Of a DNA stretch of 64,000 nt, positions 37,845 to 47,716 are shown piece after piece. Position numbers and translations under genes: made by a program. This stretch comes from Tubulanus polymorphus (taxonomy: Eukaryota; Animalia; Nemertea): assembly GCF_964204645.1 (NCBI RefSeq), contig NC_134036.1, forward strand, positions 434,001-498,000, given 5' to 3'. Numbering within the stretch: the first letter of the stretch is position 1; each line of letters begins with the position of its first letter. The notes beneath the pieces were generated by a model. That model was not told the origin of the DNA. It saw nothing but the letters and a program-made list of their open reading frames with translations, and searched no databases.

Positions 37845-38538
37845 TCCGTCATCGGCTCCACAGTTAAAATTCATCGAACTGCCGATCAGTCCTGATCAGA
37901 GTCAGGTGGATTTCAGCCACGAGTTATCATCGACCGCTGGTCGTCCGTCGAGCGACGCGAGTTTTTCGGGAATTTCCGACATAATCTCGGCTCATATCGC
38001 GGTCGACACGACGACGGCATTCCCGACCGTCGGGGAATCCCCCGTTCCGCAACAACGAATACAGAATCGTTCATTACCGACGGCGACGACCGCGATTCAT
38101 CGAACGCCGTCGTGCGCTAGTTACCCGAATACTCCCCAGGTGGCGTCGGCGCCATCTACGACGTATAAATACACGTCGTTACGTAATAATTCTAATCGCT
38201 ATGGTAACGAATCTAAAACCGCTTCCAGTACGCCGAACAGTTCGCGTTACGATAATTCAAATATTTCCTACATGTTCGAAAACGGATTGAGTCGGATTTA
38301 CAGCGGCATCGGCGGAAATGAGGCCGGACTGGCAAGACTGCCGGCTCAACCTCGTCCGTATAACCCTCCTCCGCAGAGACTCAGTTCACTCGAGAACGAC
38401 TCGACCGAGAACTGGCTTCCACCGGCGCGTAAATCAACGTCGTCGAAAAAACACGCGAAATCCAACGATTCGAACAAACGACAAAACGGAGCGAAAATTA
38501 TTCGAAATAACGGCGACTCGGGAACCAATCGGTCGTGA
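28203..38538 (+). CDS. CEP152: Centrosomal protein CEP152 / Asterless orthologue, 20 coding exons, 2161 aa
   Basis: Exons (GT-AG, phases consistent, total 6486 nt): 28203-28313, 28471-28604, 28685-29403, 29491-29786, 30295-30495, 30582-30729, 30812-31248, 31335-31603, 31695-31823, 32144-32279, 32366-32515, 32612-32759, 32957-33999, 34254-34400, 34779-34910, 35165-35329, 35422-35985, 36393-36648, 37151-37304, 37392-38538. The acidic N-terminus SINFDGQAIQEQDEEDLRREEQEQQNELKQLLANAFDDLIDDD resembles the PLK4-binding N-terminus of CEP152. QLQILYRARGRQIEEL, MNRLTKSLEESQMKCQRLL and ELKQKYLATVANIRAEVVSHV match recalled CEP152 blocks; extensive coiled coil. Confidence 0.92.
28321..28421 (+). promoter_or_regulatory. 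Pair of CTCF-type motifs in CEP152 coding intron 1
   Basis: TCACCAGGGGGCGCTA (28321-28336) and TCACCAGGGGGCACTA (28406-28421), same orientation. Confidence 0.55.
29814..29921. mobile_element. Palindromic MITE (same family as 24261, inverted)
   Basis: ctaggacccagttccacagttcc ... ggaactgtggaactggaccctag. Confidence 0.8.
30008..30311 (+). repeat. ~76-bp tandem repeat (4 units) that includes the CEP152 exon-5 splice acceptor
   Basis: Unit acctgatatggctgctttgctgctatatttattatcataaatgttttcactgtag|ttgatgcagaagttgcataa; the last unit runs into the true exon at 30295. Confidence 0.92.
34013..34187. mobile_element. Two short copies of the GGTCCAGTTCC MITE family
   Basis: ttcctcagtt...gtttactcagagtcaaactcaca..tagagaactgggtcc at 34013-34072 and 34126-34187. 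Confidence 0.7.
34461..34708. mobile_element. Non-autonomous DNA element with CAGAGTGGC / GCCACCTTG ends (hAT-like)
   Basis: Short TIRs and internal aaaactcagggaa motifs; related fragments at ~31870-32090 and ~36075-36252. Confidence 0.55.
36718..37090. repeat. ~107-bp tandem repeat (~3.5 copies), CEP152 intron
   Basis: Unit ggtgtcttgttgttcttgctggtgacgagtgacacaaggaacctcttaataagaaacagccctcactgaggatagcttgaaatttaatcggggagtttgaattgttt. Confidence 0.92.
37798..37842 (+). repeat. Pure (CAG)15 polyglutamine tract in the last CEP152 exon
   Basis: 15 uninterrupted in-frame CAG codons. Confidence 0.97.
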
Positions 38539-40225
38539 CCGTAGCGACCAAACAGTCCTCTTTATTATATTGTGTTCTTTCGACCAAGTTTGCATTTTCT
38601 AAAGAGTTTAAACGAACAGAATCTCAAATTGTAAATAATATTATTACAATAATGATAATGATAATTATTGAAATAGTTAAATATTTATTTATTATTGATG
38701 ATTTATTTAAAACTCTTGATTTGTATATATCGAAAATTATAAAATATTATAGTAAAATGTAAATAGGTAATAAAGAATATAGTGTTTAAAACTCAAGGTT
38801 AAATTTAATTAACGATGTTTTTAAAAATGTTCCGTTTGAAATTCTTCAAAAATGTTGTATATGTTTTTTCTAGTTTAAATACTGCGGTGTTTGTGAGGAT
38901 CATAGTTTGGGGTGTTCAGGACTTACAAGGGGGTAGTTTAAGGACTCTAGACTTTAGGACTCGCAAGGAACTTATCTCAAAGCTATCTCAATTATTTGCA
39001 AAGGGATTAATTTCCTTCCCATATTGAAGATTTCGGAGGAATCTTTCCTACACCCTGCGCTCTACGCTTAAGTGTGTTAATCTTTCCCCCTCAGACCTTG
39101 GCATCAGGAGAGGATACATGTACTGCTGTTGTATTGGCACACAGCGCCACCTATTACCTGCTCCTTGCATTAAAGTTGTTTCGATTTTTCGTTAAGTGTG
39201 GGATTGTGGAATGTTGATTAAATGTGAATATTACAAGTGATTCTTTGGAATCTATTGCACTTTCTGGGCGTATGACCCATCCTCTTAGTCTGAGCGGAGG
39301 GACCCTCGTGGATAGCCCGTGCTCCCTGTGGACGGCCCATGTCCCGGAGAGTGCAATATTTTGGTGAAATTTTTGTGAAAAGAATTTAAACTTCGATTGT
39401 TCTGCAGGTTGTCAAGTTTCGTGCCCCTCTACTACTAGAGGGGACAAAATTCAAACTAATTTTTGTGAAATAGAAATTATTTGCATATCTATCGAAGTAT
39501 TTAGATTAGTTAGATATTAGCATATGATAATTAGTAGTAATTAATTGATAAAAATGAGAATCTCCAATCAGTGAATGTATGCGATGATTGACTGTAGAGT
39601 TTCGGTAAGGAGAGGTCTCTGGGGACGTGCGTTTTTCATATAATTGTATCCATATATTAAAAAATGGCACCTTCAAGCGCAACACAGTGGACTCAGTTCC
39701 TGGTCTATCCCTTATTGGGGTCCAAAATGTTGGAGAAATACAATTCAGACTGATAATCCAGATGACATAAGGGGTGGTCAACCGTAAGGAACTGAATTTG
39801 AAAACAGCTGTGATGTGATATGGATGTATTTTATTGTGCAGGGCTTATTTAGAAATTCAACGCATCTGGAATGCTTAAAATGTTAATAAGGCTTTTAGTG
39901 ATTGAAATTCTTGTGCGTCACGTGTAAATTTGTACAAAAAAAACATCATCTGTAAATAAATGAAAATAAAATATTTGAATCTATCATTTAATCATTGAGG
40001 GTTGTTGCATTTTTGCTGTCTTTCATTGGAATCATGATCAGTCGAGAATTCGGTGGTAAAAGAGAAAAGATACAGGAATTGATTTATTCAAAACAGAATT
40101 GGATCTTTTTATCGCATGTTTCATTGAATGGAACAGGACGTTATCCATAACGTCCTAACTCCGTTAATACTTGCAGCTAATGTAAGGGAATATTTCGTGA
40201 TAATTCTACAAAATAAACAGATGAA

Positions 40226-40445
40226 GGCTAAACAAAAATGATACCTTGTTTCTCCGCAGCGGCCGGGTCATTTTTGTGAAATATGATAAAATTTATAAAC
40301 AGTTCATTTCTATAGCGGCCGGGTCTGTTATGGTTAAATTGATCACGATTTAAAAAAAAGTAATGTATAGGGTAGATAGGCGGCCGGCCGGGTCAACATT
40401 TAAGCTCAGCAGAGCGGAGAAACAAGGTATCAATTTTTTTTAGCC
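40226..40445. mobile_element. MITE, sister of 22098-22275
   Basis: ggctaaacaaaaatgataccttgtttctccgc ... gcggagaaacaaggtatcaattttttttagcc. Confidence 0.82.
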
Positions 40446-41535
40446 TAACGTATTCGACACTACGACATCTAGAAGGGCTGGTATAATAGTACGGGACTTA
40501 GTTTGTGCATGACTTACGACAAGCGTGAATAGACTCAATTCAACTGTGGCGTTTAGTGAATTCCCTGAGATAAATGCCCTGCACCCACGATCATTCGACT
40601 ATGACCATGTGAAATCTGAACGCAAATCACGGCGTCAATGCATTACGACATACCAGGGTACGGCTTCTGAATGAAACATGTGATTCCATATACCTTCGAC
40701 AGCCAAATCACCAATAATTTACCACCTAATTTGCCAATCAACCTCCTTACTTTTTTCATACTTTTCCCATTAAATGGGAGAAAGCAAAGCAAATACCGGC
40801 ACGGTACCGTAATATTTAACTAGCCCTGACAGATAACCTCTAATTCTTTCTAACATTATTTGATTGTTTATTTCTTTAGATTGTTTCGCTGCTATCTTTC
40901 AGTGGTCCAACGAGTTGTTGTTTGTGAAATCTAAAATTTAAAAAATAATTTGTATTTCGAATTTTTAAACTACACTTAACTTTGACGTGTAGAAAGTTAT
41001 TTAAAAAAAAATAGAACAATATATCTTTACTGTTCGGATCATTATCATTTAATTAAACTGATCTCGTTCTACCGCTGAAAATGGATCCAATATGGTTTAT
41101 GTCTTAGGGAACCGGTACCACAAGACACAAACGACCTAAACTAAGCAAGATAAATAAACGGTAGGCCTTATGTACAAATACGGGTAAGTATATTAATCGA
41201 TTAGTTTATGTATTCGCCACAGTATTTGGGGGCAGCACTAGACGATTGAGATTTTACTGAGCTGTGGCATGCGAGCAGGAATTCATCCCGCGATCCTTTT
41301 ATCTAACCCTCACAAATAGATATTAATCAATTACCCTGGGTCTTCGTCTTATTTGGTGACCCTCGAATTTGAAATAAAAAATACAACATCGATGAAAACG
41401 GGTTTTCAAGTGACGTGGACTAAAAATAAATTCTATTCAATAAAATATATACATTTGGGTTTGCATTTGATCGTAGACACCGGGCAGAATTTCTCCACAA
41501 TCGTTCAATCGAGTACTAGTCTTTGACACGATCAG

Positions 41536-41877
41536 ATGGCGTTTTCTCGAGCTCTTCAGCTTTTGCTGTGTTTCCTAGCGATCCTGGCGGTTTTATGGCG
41601 CGGTTTATTTCGGAGTGTTGTGGCGCCGGTGAATGGAGTTGTGTGTGCGGTGTGCGCAAGCGGAGTGGATGGAGTTGTGTGCCCGGTGTGTGGAAGTGGA
41701 GTGAATGGAGTGTATATGTGTCGTATGAATGTGGTATTTTTTATATCTTATTTTTTTCTTTATTTTTCATTATTTTTATTTTTAATTTTTTTTTTCATTT
41801 CATTCGTCCCTCACCCCCACCCCCACCCTCTCAATCTCAAGGTTTCAACTGGCAGCGGTGGAGTCGGAGTTCTCTAA
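41536..41877 (+). CDS. Putative 77-aa micropeptide with a hydrophobic N-terminus and two CxxC repeats (exons 41536-41733 and 41842-41877)
   Basis: MAFSRALQLLLCFLAILAVLWRGLFRSVVAP-VNGVVCAVCASG-VDGVVCPVCGSG-VNGVYMCRMNV|VSTGSGGVGVL*. A 108-nt GT..AG candidate intron is almost all pyrimidine. Between the two 36-nt repeats, 3 of 6 differences are synonymous and both Cys are kept. Confidence 0.45.
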   Translation: MAFSRALQLLLCFLAILAVLWRGLFRSVVAPVNGVVCAVCASGVDGVVCPVCGSGVNGVYMCRMNVVFFISYFFLYFSLFLFLIFFFISFVPHPHPHPLNLKVSTGSGGVGVL

Positions 41878-42457
41878 TGTGGCCTTGTCCGAGCTAGTGG
41901 CGGAGTGTTGATGACGCGGATATTACTACGGGGTACCTGCGATCAGAATAAGATGGAGGCGATAGCAATCTTCGACTGTGGGGGCTGTTGGATCTTTAGG
42001 TCCCCAGTCTGGTCCATTCTAGTCTGAATCTGCTGGTTCATTGCCTAAGGCTACCCATTGGCATCTTGCCGATTGGGCTCCCCGTTCACCCAGTTTTTCT
42101 CTGTCATCTGGGTGTCGGTTGTCTTATGTGGTGTGCTCAATTCTCAATTGGGTCCCCAGTTTGGTCCATTCTAGTCTGAATCGGCTGGTTTCTTCGCCTG
42201 AGGCTACCCATTGGCATCTTGCCACTTGGGTTCCCCGTTCACCCAGTTTTTCTCTCTCATCTGGGTGCCGGTTGTCTTTTGGTGTTGATGCTTCAAGATC
42301 GGATAACCCCCAAAGCCGAAGATGTTTGTCGCTTCCCATCTTACTCTGATTGCGGGTCCTCCGTAGTAACACCCGTGTCGTCAGCACCCCGCCGCTAGCT
42401 GGGTCGAGGCCATGTTAGAGAACTCTGACTCTGCCGCTGCTAGTTGGAACCCTGAGA
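41835..42457 (+). ncRNA. Long hairpin RNA candidate (162/163-nt arms, ~300-nt loop)
   Basis: Arms 41835-41996 and 42295-42457 are ~79% identical as an inverted repeat. Of 35 differences, 20 form G.U pairs in the plus transcript, 7 are A.C, 7 are transversion mismatches and 1 is a bulge (~91% paired). Confidence 0.6.
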
Positions 42458-44827
42458 ACTAAGACTTTGCTGTTATCAGCCAGAAGTTCTGTGCTGACTT
42501 CTTTCTCTTTCTCATGCTATATCAAATATGATGTATGCCGTATAAATATGTATTACCAACGTCTATATGGTTGTACTTCAAATTCCGTGAATTGCCGTGA
42601 AACTCTGGAATTAAATTTTTCATCCAAGGTTCTTTCCTCTTCCATCAAAATCTTTCCCAGTTTTTCTTGTCGCAGCAGATGATAAACGTCTATAATGTAT
42701 TCGTAAACTCTGTAATCTCGAACATCTTTTATGTACTTCAAATACATCGTATACTCTGTATCTTCGATTTCTAATTCCCCTTATCCTGGCCTTTCATCTT
42801 TTCCGTCATGTCATCATCTCGTTAATTAATGATTATGTACCATTTAATTTCAGCTTAATTTTATTTAGCCCACTTGGGGCAATAGTGGTAAATCAAGGGT
42901 TAATTTTTACTAATTCCAAAATACAGGGGTTTGATTCTCATAAAAAAGCCTGTTGGTGTTAATTTCTTACTAGCTCTAAGGCAAAAAACTCTCTCATTCC
43001 GTTCTCAAAAAACCTGGCTTATCGTGTGGGGAAGAAGTACATGGTTTGGCTGTATATGTACCTAACCCAGACACGAACGGAGCTGGCATAAATTTGTGGC
43101 ACAATAATAGTTAATACTACTAATGATAGGGATGGTTATGAGATAAAGCTTTCTCAAACCGCAGTGGTCAGGCTCTGTCTGACAAACATCTGGACTTAAT
43201 ATATAATATGCTCTCTTCCCTTTGTCATTTCACAAGCCAGAAGTCAAACTCTGACGGTGAGAAGTCTGGTGATGGCATCATCCAGAATCCGAATCTGGGA
43301 CTGAGTCCGATGGCACCCTTGGACGTTCCAACAACTTCCGAAGACTGTCTGGAAGACACGAAAATTTGGATCAGCTACAACTCATAAACTAAGTAAGATG
43401 AATGGATCCGCTATGGTAAGTTATAATATAAACCGATGCTTCTTTTTAGGTCTGATCACCAAGCGGCAGCAAGTGAAGCGTGACCCAACCAAGTCACGAC
43501 TCTTGTAGTCCGGTGGTCAATCCCATGAAACTACCCTCATCCAGCCCCGCTCCGAGTCCACAGAAAAGTTTTGCGTGGTAATGACCCACACCAAACACAA
43601 GAGTTTCAAAGCTAACATCATCCCAGCTCAAACCCTAGGATCTTCCCCCTTACCAATTCTCCTCTCCTCCCTCCTAATACCAGTAATCTTAATCATGTTA
43701 CTTCCGTCGTCTCTTACTCTTATTCCAGGTCTATCAACACTTCTGATATTCGGCCATCCACATCATTCAATTGAATACCACGTGCGAACACCAGCGATTA
43801 ACCAGACAGCTCAACGCACTCACTCCAGATCAACCATGTTCAACCAATACCACAGATCAGCAACCACTCCCAGTAAGTATAAGTAAGAACTAAGGGTCCA
43901 TTATCTATTGGTAAGTTAACTGACGCTTCAATTTCTAGATCTGATCATCAACAAGTTAAGCTGGCAACAAATGAAGTTTGGTTCGACTCGCTAATGGCTT
44001 TTGGAGCTTGGTCGTGAAAATACGATCATCTGGTCACGCACATATGAGGTTACCACCATCACTGCCTCTAAGCGTCAGGCATCATCGTTGCTGCTCAACT
44101 ACTTGGAGCCACCCTCCCTGTGCCCCTCTCCTCCCTTTAATACCGGTTTATCATCTTCTTCATGATACTGTGTCTAATTCTTCTTATTACAGGTTTACAC
44201 GGAGAAATCCATTAATCCAATGCCGAGGTACAACGAGACGCTACACGCAAAGATGTCACATGCGTCTGAGAGAATCTGACCAACAAACAATCAACAGATT
44301 CAACAGGTTATTTAATCTATTTTGAACTTTTATGGGATTAAAGGCTTTGTCCTAGTTTTCAATTTTGAAGGAGATTTTAAAAGGGAAATGAATACGAAAA
44401 TTCTGTACCTTTCGATCAATTCTCAGTTTTCTGAATTTCTGAAATTCCTGAATTTGGAAGGGGAAATATTCCAATTTCATTGTGTATTTTGAAGTGAGAG
44501 CCTTATTCTGATAAGACATCCTAACTGAGGTCTTATTCCTCTAGCTAATAGCTAACCTCTCCTTCAAACTATTACTACTACAGACTACCGGTCTAATTTG
44601 GCACGGTCTAAAAGAGCGAACCAGGTCCTTTCCAAATTTTGGACTGGTCTAAATCTATGTGTGTGGATAGAAACTGGTACCAGGTCCGGTCTAAATTGTG
44701 ATTCTGAATCTGCTTTAAGTAATGATGTCTTTTTTTACTAGTTTCAGCTATACTTCATCGAGGAGACAGTAGCGATTTATAAGCCAACCATGAATTACTT
44801 CAAGGGATGGATTTCTACATGGATTCA

Positions 44828-44950
44828 GGAGACAATAGTGGATTCTATAAACAATGATTCAGGAGCGGCAGAGACAATAGTGGATTCTATAAACAATGAT
44901 TCAGGAGCGGCAGAGACAATAGTGGATTCTATAAACACTGATTCAGGAGC
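44828..44950. repeat. 42-bp tandem repeat (3 copies)
   Basis: gagacaatagtggattctataaacaatgattcaggagcggca repeated. Confidence 0.9.
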
Positions 44951-45134
44951 TGCGGTAACTTTATAGCGCTATTTTCTAAAGGGGCCCCAATTTTTTTTTT
45001 CAAATATAACTCAATGCGTGTATAATCAAATGAATTTTTGATATAATGTTTAGAAATTAAATTAATAATGTATTTAGTAAGTGAGTCTAATAATTCATTC
45101 ATTCTTAGATCAATCTCCTCCAAGTATGCCAACA

Positions 45135-45545
45135 CGAGATCTTTTCTGTTGTTATTTTAAAGCATTCTATCAACTCGGTTAACAATAAACAAAACAAACA
45201 AATAACCATAAACCAAAACTGAATTAAACACACTCAAAAAATAACCGATACGATAGAATGCTTTAAAGAACTGATGAAAGATCAAGCGTCCATTGGAATT
45301 ACCCGCCCGCCTATAAAATTTCTATGAATAGTGTTGAGGAGGATCCGTCTGAACCTGACGGTTTGTAACCTTCTCCAAGCAGCCAACAATTTGAGATCTT
45401 TTCTGTTGTTATTTTGAAGCAGTCTATATCAGCTCAGTTAGCTATAAACAAAACAAACAAATAACCATAAACCTAAACTAAATCAAACACACTTAAACGC
45501 TAACTGATAGGATAGAATGCTTTGAATAACTGATGAAAGATCAAG
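45135..45545. repeat. Duplicated ~150-bp palindromic MITE-like unit
   Basis: gatcttttctgttgttattttaaagcattctatc ... gatagaatgctttaaagaactgatgaaagatc at ~45135-45285 and ~45393-45545. Confidence 0.8.
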
Positions 45546-45700
45546 CTTTCTTTGAAATAGTGCCCACCCATTCACTTACTGTAAGTGAATAATATCGTTT
45601 TATGAATGAAAAAGACTTAAGACTTACTAAGGGACCATTCATTAAGGTTGAACATTTTTTTAAGGTTCTAATTAAATGAACGGTCTCCTACTATGTGACT

Positions 45701-45830
45701 GACACCTTGACGCGGTGTAGTAGCTTGTGTGCCTCCGTGACCCTGAGAGCTATGCTGGTGGGGGGTATAATATCTCCCAGCAGGTTCAACCATGCCAGAC
45801 AGGTCTAGGGGTAGAGGCCAGACGAAGATC
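45701..45830 (+). mobile_element. Isolated conserved 5' structured region of an RTE-clade non-LTR retrotransposon (or RTE-derived SINE)
   Basis: ccttgacgcggtg..gcttgtgtgcctccgtgaccctgagagctatgctgg...caggttcaaccatgccagacaggtctaggggtagaggccagacgaaga follows the motif order recalled for Bov-B and Expander/Rex3 5' ends (CCTTGTCGTGG..GCTTG..GAGCTATG..CCATG..ACAGGTC..CCAGAC). Confidence 0.65.
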
Positions 45831-47109
45831 AGTCGTTTTTGAATATCTTTTGAGTGTTTATGCAGAAACTTGCTATTTGGCACTGCCATAGTTAGAATGT
45901 TTGTTAAGTAAGTTATGTTGTAAACTACCCATCTTAAGCTACAGCTGGTGATGGCCATTTAGGTTTAATTGTTGTCTGAGAATAAAAAAGCATTCGTGTT
46001 CAATATGCATGTTAATCTTTAATTTTTTTAGTTAAGTTTCATATCAATAATTTCAATGGTGCTTTTCAATGGTTCCTTGAAATACAAAGTACAGCATCAA
46101 TGTACAAAGGGTCAGTTTCTTGATAACTGAGGATATACGCGAATGAGTTACAGTGTATCCTCGAGCTCATGATGTCATTTTATAAACAAATAATGTACAT
46201 TAAAGTATTAGATATGATAGAATGCTTGATACTTCATGAGATACACGTATAACCCAGAGTTGCCTGATGAACTGTTTGTCATCAAGCGAAGTTCACTTAA
46301 ATCTTAGATTTTTATAGCGCAATTTTCCGGCGTTTTATGGATCTAAGACTCGGCATTTGTAGCTGCAGTAAAAATGTTCTTGTTTGGATTTCCAGTTTTA
46401 CCGGGCCATATTTTGAATAAGTGTAAATAATCTTTATAACTGTATAAGGCTTAATCAAGAAGACAAATAAAGAATGTTTTGTTTCGTTGTTTGTTTTTTC
46501 TGAAATCTCTAATGATAAGTTATCAGTTGGTTCATAATACTGAAATAGGACAGTGTTTGAATTGTCCAAAGCAGATTTGAAGCTAGGGCGGGGCCACTAA
46601 ACTTAAGACAAATCAAAGAACTTTGATCTATTTTATGAGTTCAACTGTTAAACTGGTGTCAAAAACACATTGTCTTTATTCATCATTCAATTTGATGACT
46701 GGATCCCCATATATATCCCAGGAGAAATGCTCCATATAATAAGATCACTAGCCTACCCTACTTGTAATGGATGATAGACCCTGTACTGTGTCTAACCTGG
46801 ACACAAGGACTGCTGATCATGTTCTTTAGACCCCGCATTATTTCATATGTAGGCCTACTAAATGTTTTTTGTTTTGATGGTTCCATACTAGTTGGATACA
46901 TACAATTCTAATACGTTATTTTTCATGTGACCTGATGAACACACAATCGCCTGTGGCTGTGGTGGTCAGTCACTGAACACTATTTGATTGTGAGTCTTGC
47001 AAGAAAATAAACGTTACTTCTACGTTCTAAGTAAATAATTGTGGATATTCCTTTTTGAATAATGTTGAACAAAGAATCATTAAAGAAATAAAGTATTTGA
47101 ATTTGTTCC

Positions 47110-47347
47110 CGCATCACGCACGTGGTTATGTTATTATTTACGTATGACGTCATCGGTAAACTCGTCTTGGAACTAATGACGACCCTCGAAGTTGTGACGT
47201 CACTAAACAATAACATAAGCACGTGGCCCCGCCTCGCCGCGGGTGTAGTTCGCACTAATATGGATAGATGGCGACTCCATCGATTTCCGCCATATTGGCT
47301 CGTTGAAAGGGTGTGCCAGAAGGAATACTGGTCTAATTAAGGTAGGT
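47110..47347 (+). promoter_or_regulatory. Probable talin promoter and noncoding first exon
   Basis: Two full CRE sites TGACGTCA (47145, 47195), two E-boxes CACGTG (47119, 47220), a GC box (~47227), YY1-type AGATGGCG (47266) and a donor AAG|GTAGGT at 47342. The first talin coding exon has an acceptor 25 nt before its ATG. Confidence 0.7.
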
Positions 47348-47716
47348 TTAAAACCGTTTTACGATTCGTAACGAAGCGAAATTAATACAAAATCGTATAA
47401 ATGATAGATTAACGCGTTTATGAATGTAATTGGTTCGACGATAGACCGAATATTAGCCGAGTTAGATCACTTGAAAAGTCAGGGTCCCGAACCAGGAAGT
47501 AAAAATAGTTGAAAGTAGCGATGCTGCTACTGGGATGAAGATGATGCGCCTGTCGGATCCCGTAGTGTAGTAGATGCAGCTTGTAGAGCCTCTCAGTAAT
47601 ATCGCTGTTGCGTGATCTTGTAAAATATGTGTCCTGTAATGGCTGTCATGTTAGGAAAGGTCTTGTTGGTGGTGCTCTCGAGTCTGAGCTCTCCCAAGTG
47701 ACTGACTGGACCAGCT

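Noticed and set aside
39253-39358. SECIS or tRNA reading of the stem-loop
   Set aside because: ATGA..GA is present but there is no apical AA or proper helix II, CEP152 has no in-frame UGA, and there is no cloverleaf or box B.
41999-42294. Hammerhead or HDV ribozyme in the loop repeats
   Set aside because: The minus strand has CAGATGA..GAAA rather than CTGATGA, and the HDV P1.1 GG and catalytic-C region cannot be placed.
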